In this document: positions 36,081-47,645 of the stretch, piece after piece
How positions within the stretch are numbered: the first letter of the stretch is position 1
Layout of the letters: every line of letters starts with the position of its first letter
Assembly (NCBI GenBank): GCA_013265495.1
Contig: MU058636.1
Location: 4,375,741-4,439,740, forward strand
Direction of reading: 5' to 3'
Origin: Vicugna vicugna
Lineage: Eukaryota
Length of the DNA stretch: 64,000 bases
The notes under the pieces: generated by a model
Database searches by the model: none
The model's input: only the letters and a program-made list of their open reading frames with translations
Told to the model about the DNA's origin: nothing
Translations under genes and position numbers: made by a program

Positions 36081-36469
36081 AAAAACTAAATTGCCACAAA
36101 AACAAATTTATTGTGAAAAAGATTCTGCATCTTTTCTGTAACCTTTTTCCTGGCACCATCACTCACTTCATTGTTAATGACTCCCCATAACCATCAAATT
36201 ACTGAATCTTGTAAAGTCTTCCACCTCAATGCTTCCTAGACCTGGCGCCTGTGTTTTCCTGCTTACAGTCACCCATTACTTATTGCCAGGTCAAAAAAAC
36301 TTTCATTTTCTTTCCATTGCCCCGGGTTTGAATCCTGATCCTAGGCCGAGCACGCACCACCCTTGGGGACATGTCTCTCACCTGGCGCTCACACGTCCTC
36401 AGACTTCCCCATCCCTTCAACCCACGCACCTGGCCTTTCACGTCTCTACGATGTTCCTTCCACTGGCAG

Positions 36470-36620
36470 TAGACTGTTCATTTGTTCATTCAGCAGACAT
36501 TTACTGAGCAAATTGCATGTGCCAGCCAATCTGGGCCCCAAAACGAATTAAATACGCATCTCTGCCTTACTGTGGTTCACAGTCAACCTGTGGAGGCAAA
36601 TGAATAAACAAATGATAAAT
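36470..36620 (-). mobile_element. L2 3' end remnant
   Basis: ttcatttgttcattcagcagacatttactgagc...tgtgccag. Confidence 0.65.
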
Positions 36621-36860
36621 GCTAGTTGTGTTGACTGTGTTATCCAGTGGTGGAACTGGGATTTGGACCCAGGTCGATTTGCCTCAAAAATCATTTTGCT
36701 TTAAGATGAAGAAAGATGAAAACAATGGCAGTGGTCTGATAATGGCTGGCACCTGGGTGCATGCAGGGGAGGAATGGGAGCTCAGGCTGCAGAATGGCCC
36801 TGTATGCCGGGTGCAGCGGTTAAAACTGAATCCTCTTTACAGCTGGAATAATGACACATA

Positions 36861-37068
36861 ATAACTAATGCTTGGTACCACCCCCTGTTCTAAGTGCTTT
36901 GCACATACTGACTCAGTTCATCCTCACAAGGACTTTATAAGGGAGGTCAAACAACTGTATCTTTTTTAGAGATAAAGAAACTGAGGCTCAGACAGATTAA
37001 GTCATTTGCACAGTGTCACATAGTAACTCTCTGGCTCCGGAGTCTGAGCTCTTTACTACTGTGCTATA
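36861..37068 (-). mobile_element. MIR SINE
   Basis: ctgttctaagtgctttgcacatact...gataaagaaactgaggctcagacagattaagtcatttgcacag. Confidence 0.85.
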
Positions 37069-37261
37069 ATAACTTCTTTTATGTGCTTAGTGTTTTGTCT
37101 CTGCAAATAGGTTATAAAACATGGAAGGTCAGAGACTCTTGGAGGCACTTTTGTGTCCCTAGTACAACTCTAGACATTGACACCAGTAAATATGAATTGA
37201 ATTGTACAGAGAGCCTTCAAATTCTCCAGTGAAATGCTCTTACTTGCTTTGATAATTATCC

Positions 37262-38337
37262 CACAAACTTTTGGTCAACTAATCTTCGACAAAGGAGGCA
37301 AGAATATACAATGGAATAAAGACAGTCTCTTCAGCAAATGGTGTTGGGAAAACTGGACAGCAGCATGTAAAACAATGAAGCTAGAACACACCCTTACACC
37401 ATATACAAAAATCAACTCAAAATGGATTAAAGACTTAAACATAAGACAAGATACAATAAACCTCCTAGAGGAAAACATAGGCAAAACATTATCTGACATA
37501 CATTTCAAAAATTTTCTCCTAGAAGAAATAAAAGCAAGAATAAACAAATGGGACCTAATGAAACTTACAAGCTTCTGCAGAGCAAAGGAAACCAGAAATA
37601 AAACAAGAAGAAAACCTACGGAATGGGAGAAAATTTTTGCAAGTGAAACCGACAAAGGCTTGATCTCCAAAATATATAAGCAGCTCATACGACTCAATAA
37701 GAAAAAAATAAACAACCCAATCCAAAAATGGGCAGAAGACCTAAACAAGCAATTCTCCAAGGAAGACATACAAATGATCAAAAAGCACATGAAAAAATGT
37801 TCAATATCACTAATTATCAGAGAAATGCAAATCAAAACTACAATGAGGTATCACCTCACACCAGTCAGAATGGCCGTCATTCAAAAATCCAAAAATGACA
37901 AATGCTGGAGAGGCTGTGGAGAAAGGGGAACCCTCCTACACTGCTGGTGGGAATGCAGTTTGGTGCAGCCACTATGGAAAACAGTGTGGAGATTCCTCAA
38001 AAGACTAGGAATAGACTTACCATATGACCCAGGAATCCCACTCCTGGGCTTGTATCCAGAAGGAAATCTACTTCAGGATGACACCTGCACCCCAATGTTC
38101 ATAGCAGCACTATTTACAATAGCCAAAACATGGAAACAGCCTAAATGTCCATCAACAGGTGACTGGATAAAGAAGATGTGGTATATTTATACAATGGAAT
38201 ACTACTCAGCCATAAAAACTGACAACATAATGCCATTTGCAGCAACATGGATGCTCCTAGAGAATGTCATTCTAAGTGAAGTAAGCCAGAAAGAGAAAGA
38301 AAAATACCATATGAGATCGCTCATATGTGGAATCTAA
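37262..38337 (+). pseudogene. L1 ORF2p C-terminal fragment (post-RT region and CCHC knuckle), 5'-truncated but open
   Basis: [14 protein letters not shown]...NSKWIKDLN...[19 protein letters not shown]...[18 protein letters not shown]...[18 protein letters not shown]; the ATG at 37234 lies in flanking DNA. Confidence 0.95.
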
Positions 38338-38666
38338 AAAACAAAAACAAAAACAAACAAACAAACAAAAACAAAGCATAAATACAGGACAGAAATAGAC
38401 TCATGGACAGAGAATACAGACTTGTGGTTACCAGGGGGGTAGAGGGTGGGAAGGGATAGACTGGGATTTCAAAATTGTAGAATAGATAAACAAGATTACA
38501 CTGTATAGCACAGGGAAATATACACAAAATGTTATGATAAATCACAGAGAAAAAAATGTGACAATGAGTGTGTATATGTCCATGAATGACTGAAAAATTG
38601 TGCTGAACACTGAAATTTGACACAACATTGTAAAATGATTATAAATCAATAAAAAATGTTAAAAAA
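37262..38666 (+). mobile_element. Young 5'-truncated L1 (camelid-type), ~1.4 kb
   Basis: Uninterrupted ORF2 C-terminus, 3' UTR with G-tract, AATAAA 38648-38653, short A tail; TSD AATTATCC at 37254-37261 and 38667-38674. Confidence 0.96.
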
Positions 38667-39504
38667 AATTATCCAGACTTATGTTGTGAAAGAGGAGTGG
38701 AGAAAAAGAAAGGGACTGTTGATTGCACCATCTTAATTCGGCATGTATGTCCTTCAGAAGCAGGTAACACATCTGTTTGGCTGACTTCACATGACCTGGT
38801 CCCTACGTGGCAGAGTCAGGGTTTATTCAAGTCAGACGTGATCGTGGTAGTGGCCTCTCACTGGTTTGAAACTGTAACTTGACTGAAAGGCTCTACAAAC
38901 ATGATTCTGGAATGTGAGAGGCTCTTGCTCTTTTTAAATTCACTTGTTCTCAGCCTGTAGCTTTTTAGAGGAGAGAATGAGCCGTGCTGGGTTGGATTCC
39001 AGCATAATAGAGTCATAATGTGTAAGTGTCTAGAAGATGCTATGCAAATGAACACTTGTTTCCTGCTTGAGCCCAAAGTGCACTGGGGTATCGGGAGTCT
39101 TACCTTTCCCATCGTGGAACTGGTGCTGGCCGACCTGCGCGGCCGCAGTAGGAATGTCACAGAATCTTGCAGCCCGTGTGTATAGAGGGTGGAATATACT
39201 AATTCTTTTCTCTTCGCCCCCACCCCCACCCTCACACATGCGGGAGGAGCAAGCTGCCGCGAGGTCATGTAAGGACACACTGCACTTCTCATTCCAACCA
39301 TAGCATCGTGTTTGCTTCTTAACAGAGCAGCAGGGCAGAGGGGAGAGACAGGGGAAGAGTGAGGACATCTCACAGCACCCTCTCCTACCACGGCTTTGCC
39401 ACAGCTTTCCCCATCACAGCCCGCCCTCTGTGCCCACAAATCAGAATCATTTTTAGCCTTTGAGGCCAGGCTCAGCAAAGATCTCTTTAATAACAATACC
39501 AGCA

Positions 39505-39733
39505 GCTAACAACCTTAATTGAGCACGTTTACCAAGTACCAGGCTCCGTGTTCTGTTGGGAGATCAGTGCAGGTACCCGCTGGGGACTGTGTTCAATGTT
39601 CTTTCCCGCGTTTACCAGCTGCAGAAACTAAGATTCAGAGCAGTTTAGTGAATTGCCTGAGATGGAGGGGCCAAGACTCAGATCCAAGCTGTGTTACTCC
39701 AGAGCCCAGGCTTTGAGCCTTTGTGCTATGCTT
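39505..39733 (-). mobile_element. MIR SINE
   Basis: aattgagcacgtttaccaagtaccagg...gaaactaagattcagagcagtttagtgaattgcctgagat...ctccagagccc. Confidence 0.75.
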
Positions 39734-40519
39734 TCTTGGCCACAAAACTTTTGGCCTCTAAATGCTCCCTCCTTCCACTTCCAGCCAGGAGTGATTTAAC
39801 CTTCTAACAAATTCTCATGGTGCTTTATCTGCGTTTCTTGCAGGGGCTTACCAGTGTTGACATCCTCTTACCGTTACTATATAAAGTGTTCACGTTTCCT
39901 GTTAAACTGGGGGTGTGGAGGCAGAGTGCATGCTGTATCCCTTGGCAGTATTTCCCAGGGCTCAGTAGCCCCTCAGACAGAACTAAAAAATAAACAAGGT
40001 TCTTTCTGATCAGATCTGCCCCTTCTGTGCACCTGCGCCTTGATGGGAATTTAGGAATCTAGAAAACCACCTGTAAGAATTCTTCAGCTCAGATTTCCGA
40101 AAGAAAAGTAAAGATTTATTTGAGAAAGGTTGAATCATGGTTTTCCTAACAAAAACAGGTAAACCATATACCATAGTCCACCTTACAGTCCCTTTCCCGT
40201 AATACTCCCATTCCTTGCTTCTGAGAGACCATTAGCATCCCGGTCTGCCCAGAACCTCTTCTTGCTTGTGGTTCAGATTTGTGATCCTTTTCTGTGCATC
40301 ACGTTTGTTTTGTGTCAGAGTTGACGCCCCTTGGGGTCCCCTGTGAGAGGCCGCAAAGACACATCCCTCTCATGTTGCTTCAGTTCAGACGTTAAAGGGT
40401 CTGGTTGTCATTAACTATACTTTGAGGTTCTTCTATTACATACTTTTATCCACATGGATTTCAGAACATTCTGGGAAATAACCTGTTCAGCTATTTGTTG
40501 CGCCAGGAACGCACCCTCG

Positions 40520-40552
40520 TCTCTCTTTCTGTTTCTCTCTCTCTCTCTCTCT
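40520..40552. repeat. (CT)n-rich tract
   Basis: Read directly. Confidence 0.85.
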
Positions 40553-43500
40553 TTGCAAGGCCGTTTCTCTCTAGTCTTGCTTTTTGGGCTGTGACAGATG
40601 AGAAAGGTTTTAAGTTCATATCCTTATCCGGTTTTTGACAGAAGACAGCTGTCTTGAGGACGAACCCGGCTCTATAGTACCTCCCATGATCCACCCTTAA
40701 ACATCTTTCTGGATGCATTACTCAAGATTCTTACGTTTTCCCCTTTAGCCATTTCATAATCACTGGTTTCTAAACTATACTAGCAGAGTATTTTGTTCTT
40801 AATTATGCACAGATACTTCTCAGTGAAGGAACCATTGGGGGGAAAGGGAAGAAAGAAACTAGTGTGTCCAGTTTCACTAGTACAAGCAATGCCATCCCTT
40901 TTCCTCAAAGTACAGCCCTAAACAGGATGTCCAGTTGGAGCACCCCAGCCCCACCCATCCTCGCCGATTTCTGTAAATCACAAGGTGCTTGCACCTACCC
41001 TGAACTCAGTCTTGCTGTCTGTGCTGCCTGCTGGGAACACAGTCCACAGCTGGCTCTGATGTTGCTGCCACCACCCCCAACTCCCTCCATCAGCATAACA
41101 AGGATTCTGGCAAATTGGTAATGTGGTCCCTGAACCTGCGGGTCCCCTCTGGGTTATACTTGTTTGAAGAGGCTGGAGACAAAGACGTCCCCAAAGTCAG
41201 GCTGCTCGAAATCCCTGAGAGAAAATTCTTGCTCTTGCCACCGTGACCGGAGGAAGCTGATCTCCCCGGCGCTTCCGTGGAAGTGGGTATCGGCAGAGCT
41301 GCTCCCCGCACTGGTCCTGGTGCTCCTTCACTGCCACGGCTGAAGCCAAGGTATGGTCTTGCCATTTGCTGAGGTTCAAGAAGACACAGGAAAGTGGCCC
41401 CACAGAGCCAATGATGACTCCCAGTGGCAGCTCCCTGGCCTTGCCCCCTGTCCAGGCCCTGCTGGGCCACCCAAGCTGCAGCGGCTCCTCCAGGGCCCAG
41501 AGTGCACGCACCTTCCCTCAGAGGCTCGCTGTCAGGAGCGCCCTGGGGGCGTGGCTGTCTTCTTCGCTCCCTGAACCCGAGAGCATCGCTCCGATGGAAC
41601 CCCTACTACCGTTGGCCCTGTAACAGGTTCTCCAGTAAGTCACTTCATGGACCATACCACTGTCCCTTCAGCGTCCAGCCCTGGAGGCAGTTCCACTGGC
41701 TCTGTCTCCTCCCTCCTTCCGGAGGCTTCCTCTCACAGGTACCTCTGTCCTTCATCCGGTCTTGGACGAGGGACTGTCATCAGACATATCTCAATAACTG
41801 TGAATCTGAACTAGAAGGGACTGGGGTCAGATCAGTTCACCAGAAAGACCTTCTGCTTCCATGTAAACTAGCGGACACACCCAGATGCGCGGAGACGACC
41901 CCACAAGGCTCCCCCCGGGGACGCAAGCTCCAGCTGCGAGCAGGAGGATGGGGGATGAGGCGCCCTCCCTCACCCGCAGGGGCTGAGCCCAGGCTTTGGG
42001 TCCACCTAGATGTCCAGTCTCATAAACAGTTGTCTTACTGCCTGTAAACAGAGGGGGGATCTCTCAGTAACCGAGTGCCACAAGTTTCTTCCAAGTAGGT
42101 TAACTTTTATTACTTGTCCTCTCTTTTAATTTAGAAATTTCTTTATTGTTGATATAAATTTCATAAGTAAATACTTACAAAACATAACTTTAACCTTTTC
42201 CACATAGAGGAAAGACTTTTAATATGTAAAACTTCTTCCTCCAAAGAACGAACCGTGCCATAGTCTCACACTTAGCATCTGGGGTTAATCAGATAAATGG
42301 ATATTTCAGTGGCACCGAACACTGTTTTTCTCCTTGGTGGATTGTGACCCACTGGTGGGACATCATCGGCTGTTTTAGTGACATAGAGACACAGTAATAG
42401 TAGAGTAGAAAAGACTAGGAAAAATGAGTGCCTTATACAGAGTAAGGCTAAGTATTCTTTCATGAAACTGTTATCTCAGCTGTATGTTTATGTGTGCGCA
42501 TGTGTGTACACAGATCACCCATTTACCTGTGTCCTGAGTGTCCTCTGTGTGAAAAGCGTGTGTCATCCCGTGCTGTGGCCAAGCTGAGGTTGAAAAGTTG
42601 CAGCTCGGGAGTCCCCTTCCCTGCAGAGACACCGCCGTCACCGCCGCCTCAGCCACTTTGGATTCTGCCACCCTTTCTGCAACCTCCCAGTGCTGTTTTC
42701 TTTCCTCAAAGCCAAGTCAGACATGCCTGCCTGTTTGTGCCATGTTTGAAGCCTTACTTCTTAATTCTTGCAAGATGACTGAAGTGAGAAGCAGGGATGG
42801 TGACAAGCGGACAGTAGAGAAATGGCGTCTCGTCACTGCCACTGGAATAACTCCTGTTGCGATTTTTAAATGCTGCTCAGTTTAATGCAGTGTTTCTGTT
42901 GTTCAGAAGTCACACCTGCACCGTGCATAGCTTGTGCTTTGGTCCATGACCTTGCCTGGGTAAGATTTAAAGGGCTGAGTCCTTTGCAGGTGTCCATCTG
43001 CCTATGTATTAATTGAGGCAAGTCAGTGTGGAGAGCCCTTTAAAGTGCTCAGGAATGTTGCAGAGTGGCTGAATTCCTCAGGGGCGGGCTCAGTGGACTA
43101 CTGGCAGTTACATGGTGTCAGTGAACAAACCATCTCATGTTTGTGAAAGGAGCAAACAGTGAAGCTCCTACTAAGTGCCAGGCACTGAGGCTTGGGACCC
43201 CGCTGTCAGCTCCTTCCAGCAGCTCAGAGGATAGGCTACCGAGGCCGCCTGCTAGATGCCAACCCTCATTTCCGTGCCGGGGGCATTTGGAAAACATCAC
43301 CATCAGATACGGCAATTCATTTCCTTAAGACAGAGCTCGGAGTTGAAAGGAGGTTAAATGAAAAGGAACACAGCAGTGCCAGGTTTCCAGCCCTTTCTTT
43401 TGTGCATAAATATTAATAGACACTTGGCGTAAGAGTTCTGCAGCTTTGTAATCACTCGTGACAGAGGCAGGCTTTCGGGTTGGATGTGCATCGTTAGTTC

Positions 43501-45575
43501 TCCATTCACCTGTCTTTGGTTACTCAGTGTATTTCCATGTCCTCAGATGAGGGCGTGACAAACGTCCAACAGGTAGAGACAGGTGAAAATGAGTCTTCTT
43601 TTGACCTGTGACCTGGACTTCTTGTCACGTTCCCAGATCTGCTCAAAATATAAAATGAAGGCAACACATTTTTAAAGATACTTTCTGTACTTTTGGTCAT
43701 GGAACTGAACAAAATTCTGTTTCGCCGGGGATGGGAGGAGGCGCCGGCTTTATGGTTTTAATGCATCAAAAGTACTGTTTGTTTATCTAAAACTAAGGGT
43801 TGACATGAAAACATCCCCGAAGCATATTAATAAGAAGGCCTTCCTTTCTAGGGGTAGATGAGGCATAAGACTTGAGTCCTATGCTTTGTACCAGCCAGGC
43901 AGCCTCAGCCCTGTCACTCACTCCTCTGAGACACAATTTCTGCACATGGTGTAAAGTGTCATCAAAGCATCTGTTAGTTTGCAGTGAGATAGATACCCGC
44001 GTGACACACATGAACGTTCTCTGAACCCAGAGCACTACTTTTTCTGGTGTCTTTTTTATTGTCTTTTTATCGCGTGGTTAACAGTATCATATAACAGGTA
44101 TACTTTAAGATAAAGCCATCTGCTTCTTCAGTCTCTGGAGCACGCTTCTCTGTGGTTAATAGCACAGAACCATGCATGTAAAATTGCATGATATGCTGTC
44201 AGGCCCGTCACTTGCTCATTTAAGACTTCCTCGTCTGTCACATAGGAACAGCCTGTAATGTAGCTGTTCTAATCTTAGACACATATCAATTATTCAGCAG
44301 CCTGGCGCCTCTTGTACATTATCTTATAGAATTCACCTTGGTGACATTGCACCTCATTCTTAAATCTTAATCTGAAACTGATACATTAATACGAGGTGTC
44401 TGCTGCTTTAGATGATTTTCTATATGTCAGCTGATTCTGAAAATAATTTAAAATGTTTTTCTCCTTCCCTTAGTTTATGTGAAGGTTATTTCATATAAAA
44501 ATTTACACGAGGTTTAAGAAACTAAGAGATGACTATCATTTTCTACTTTTTAGTATCAGTTATAAGATGATATTTCTAATATATCAGTCATTTAGCTTTT
44601 GAGGGAAAATATGCAGGCAAGAATTTCTGCATAAATCTATTTTATATACTGTTGTTTGTAGTGTTGAGTGCAAGAGTATAAAATATGTTTTCACTTTTCA
44701 AATAAGTGTAATTCAAAATTACACATACTACAGTTATTAATTTTCACTACATATGGAGAAAATTGTGTACAATATTGGGTTTCTGATTTTTCATAAGTAA
44801 AACATAATCTACAAGTCCATGGACATAAAGAAATTCATCCTTTTTATTATGTTTTTAGTTTCTTTTTTACCTCAGGTACAAGCCACATTGAGGGAGGGAC
44901 CACATAATTGTCATTAATTAGCTTGCTTGGCAGGATGGATAATTATCCTCTTGAGCGCCTCTCGTAAAAGAACTAATGGTTCCTGGAGAGAATCTAGCTG
45001 GCTCAGGAAAGAAGCAGGGACTACAGTTATAATGTTAATAGTCTTAATGAGCGTGTGTACATTATCTCTGAGGTGGCAGAGTGCCGCTTGGTTCACGCTT
45101 GGCTGTCAGTCTATGCAGAATGACTTGCACTGTGTAGTCGTGAAAGTTAGATGGCGGATGATTTCTCACGGGAAAAATAGCATTCTTAAAAAGATGTCAG
45201 AACAGCACGATTGGACACGGTCCATATTTATCATCGTGTCTAAAGATGGGCCTGGGACGGCTGCCCGTCAGTAATATTGCTGCACAAAACAGGCGCACAG
45301 GAAGTGGTTCAGCCCAGGTCAGGGGACAGCAGAGGAGTGACAGGAAGGAGCTTTCACAGTGTGAAGAGTCAGGTCGTGGAATGAGTGACATTTTAGGAAA
45401 TAAGTTAAGGTTTATGTAAATCAAGGATCCAATGAAGGACATTAATAATACTGTAGTTAAACAGCAACTGTATTCTAAAGCATCTTCAGTGTCCTGTTAT
45501 GATATTACAGAACATTTCACTCCACCCTTGGAGAGTTTAGGTTGTCTTAAGTGAAATATTCTGAAATATTTCTAC

Positions 45576-45712
45576 TTTTTTTTTTTATTAAGTTTTTATT
45601 TTTTAGAGCAGTTTTAAGTTCACAGCAAAATTGAGGAGAAGGTACAGATTTTCCCATATACCCCCGCCCCGCCCTTACACATGAACAGCCTGACCCATTG
45701 TTAACATCTTCA
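45576..45712 (-). mobile_element. L1MC1-like 3' end
   Basis: Poly-T then ttttagagcagttttaagttcacagcaaaattgag...aggtacag; same family as 10813-11086 in the opposite orientation. Confidence 0.85.
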
Positions 45713-45812
45713 TGTCTATTTATTCTTATGAGTGGCTGGATATTATTTTTGACAATATTTGTCTATAAAAATATTCTAATTTTTGTTGAGTTTTTTATGT
45801 TAAGAAATATCC

Positions 45813-45824
45813 ACTAAAAAAAAA
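45813..45824 (+). mobile_element. Poly(A)-only L1-mediated insertion
   Basis: 11-bp direct repeat AAGAAATATCC (45802-45812, 45825-45835) around ACT+A9; preceded by TT (TT/AAGA site). Confidence 0.6.
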
Positions 45825-46119
45825 AAGAAATATCCGTTTGTTCAATAAACTTATTTTAGCATCTGCTGTAAGCTAAGCATAGTGTTAGGGCTAGGGGTAT
45901 TGATCTCAGCATTTAACATCATGCTTTTTACATAAAAGGGTCAATATTTGGTGAATAATTGCATAGAAGATGAATAAAATGCATCCTTGAGAAATCTGAC
46001 AAGCTCATAATCTAATAGAGTCAGAAGACAGAGGAAAAAGACATATGAAGTTAAAAAAATCACAATGGAGTTAATGGTTATAACAGACATCAAAAAGTAC
46101 TAAAAAGAGAAAAGTGGCA

Positions 46120-46173
46120 TACACCCAAAATTAACGCAACATTGTAAATCAACTACACTTCAGTGAAAAAAAA
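46120..46173 (+). mobile_element. Extreme 3' tip of a cetartiodactyl L1
   Basis: acacccaaaattaacgcaacattgtaaatcaactacacttca followed by an A run. Confidence 0.7.
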
Positions 46174-46956
46174 GTCAGCGGCAAATGAACTCATCTCCAG
46201 AAGATGTTAGAGTCAAAGGACGCCACATTTTATTAGTATTTATATCTACAAAATTTCAGGTCAAAGGGCACTCAAAGTTACAGCAAATCATATATGTAGG
46301 AAAAAATTAAAGTGAAGTGTGTTCAATATGATTTTCCCAGAAATAACAGTAGAATAAGAATTTGCATTTCTAAGCAAGGTCTTAATACCCAATATTTTAA
46401 AAATAATGAACATGAGCACCATGTGTAATTAACCATTTGGCACTATAAATTATGTAGCTTTCAACTGCACAAAGGAAGCTTCCTACCATGTGAAATTACA
46501 TTTAATGTGACATGGTATTACGTATAGTTTCACCTTTATCATTTGTGCTGTATTTTACTACAACTATTCAAAAGGTCAAATAATTCATGTGTTGGCAGAA
46601 ATGAGATTAAGTCATGATACGCATCTTTAAGGTAGGGGTGGGGGGTGGTTGGAAATACTTAGAATTTCCTGATGGCTTGTTTGTAAAACTCATATAGAGT
46701 GTATTTTATTTTTTGCCCTCCTTTTCATTTTAATTGTTGTGAGGCAGGCATACAGATGAGAACCCCAGTATCGGCCTTTCACAATTTGAAGACAAATCCT
46801 TCCTGTGGAGGCATCTCACATGCAGCCACTGTTCTACCTTGAACTCCAACAAAATGGATAACCAACCAGTACGACTTCATTGGTTCCAGTTGTATTACTT
46901 TTGCTTCATTTGCAACAACATTACTTCCTAGCATTGTGCTGTTTTTGCTGCAAATA

Positions 46957-47273
46957 CAGTTGCCTCTCCGTATCCATGGGGACTGGTTGCAGGACTGGTA
47001 TCCCATCCCTGCATCCCCTGTAGATACCAAAATCCACAGATGCTCAAGTCCCTTATATAGAATAGCATAGTATTTGCTTTTAACCTAAGCACGCCCTCCT
47101 GTATACTTTAAATCATCTCTAGATTACTCATAATACCTAATACAATGTAAATGCTATGTAAATAGTTGCCAGATTATCTTTGGGGGACTTTGTGGAATTT
47201 TTTTTCAAATATTTTGGATCAGTGGTTGGTGGAATCCGTGGGTGTGGAACGCATGGATAGAGAGGGCTGAGTG
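46957..47273. mobile_element. MER2/MER2B (TcMar-Tigger MITE)
   Basis: TA TSD (46955-46956, 47274-47275); TIRs CAGTTGCCTCTCCGTATCCATG...CATGGATAGAGAGGGCTGAGTG; MER2 core gataccaaaatccacagatgctcaagtcccttat. Confidence 0.9.
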
Positions 47274-47284
47274 TATCTAAGGTA

Positions 47285-47645
47285 GTGATGTAAACAGGCC
47301 TGGGTTTGAGTTGGATCCCAGCTTGCTGACTATTTTTTTTTTTTTTTTTAGAATTTGTACCGTAATTTGTAATTTATTTTCCTTAAATAATAATTTGCTG
47401 CAATCCTGTCACAAATTTTTAAAAAATTTAACACAGAAAGGCAGAATTCTTTAGGACAATCAAAATCATGGTGTACTTAGAATAAATGAGCATCAAATTG
47501 TGTAATTTTGCACAGTTTACCTCTCAAAACTCCAATGTACCATCCATAAAATGAAAATAATGTTTTTGCGGGGAATAAAGGGAGGGATTGGTCCTCACGC
47601 TGTGCATGGCATAGCGTCTTGCACGCACCTAGTAAGTGTTGGTGA
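47285..47645 (+). mobile_element. MIR SINE interrupted by a poly-T-headed insert (47333 to ~47497)
   Basis: MIR 5' part cctgggtttgag...cccagct; resumes tgtgtaattttgcacag...ataaaatgaaaataat. Confidence 0.6.

Noticed and set aside
37234..37261. ATG at 37234 giving a 367-aa novel gene with a hydrophobic leader
   Set aside because: The ATG is in flanking intronic DNA, in frame by chance, with no promoter or splice support; the remainder is L1 ORF2
37275..37835. 186-aa hydrophobic minus-strand ORF
   Set aside because: Antisense shadow of A-rich L1 ORF2, a common annotation artefact
38858..39496. 212-aa minus-strand ORF
   Set aside because: No domain or homology recognised; non-ATG start; composition like non-coding DNA
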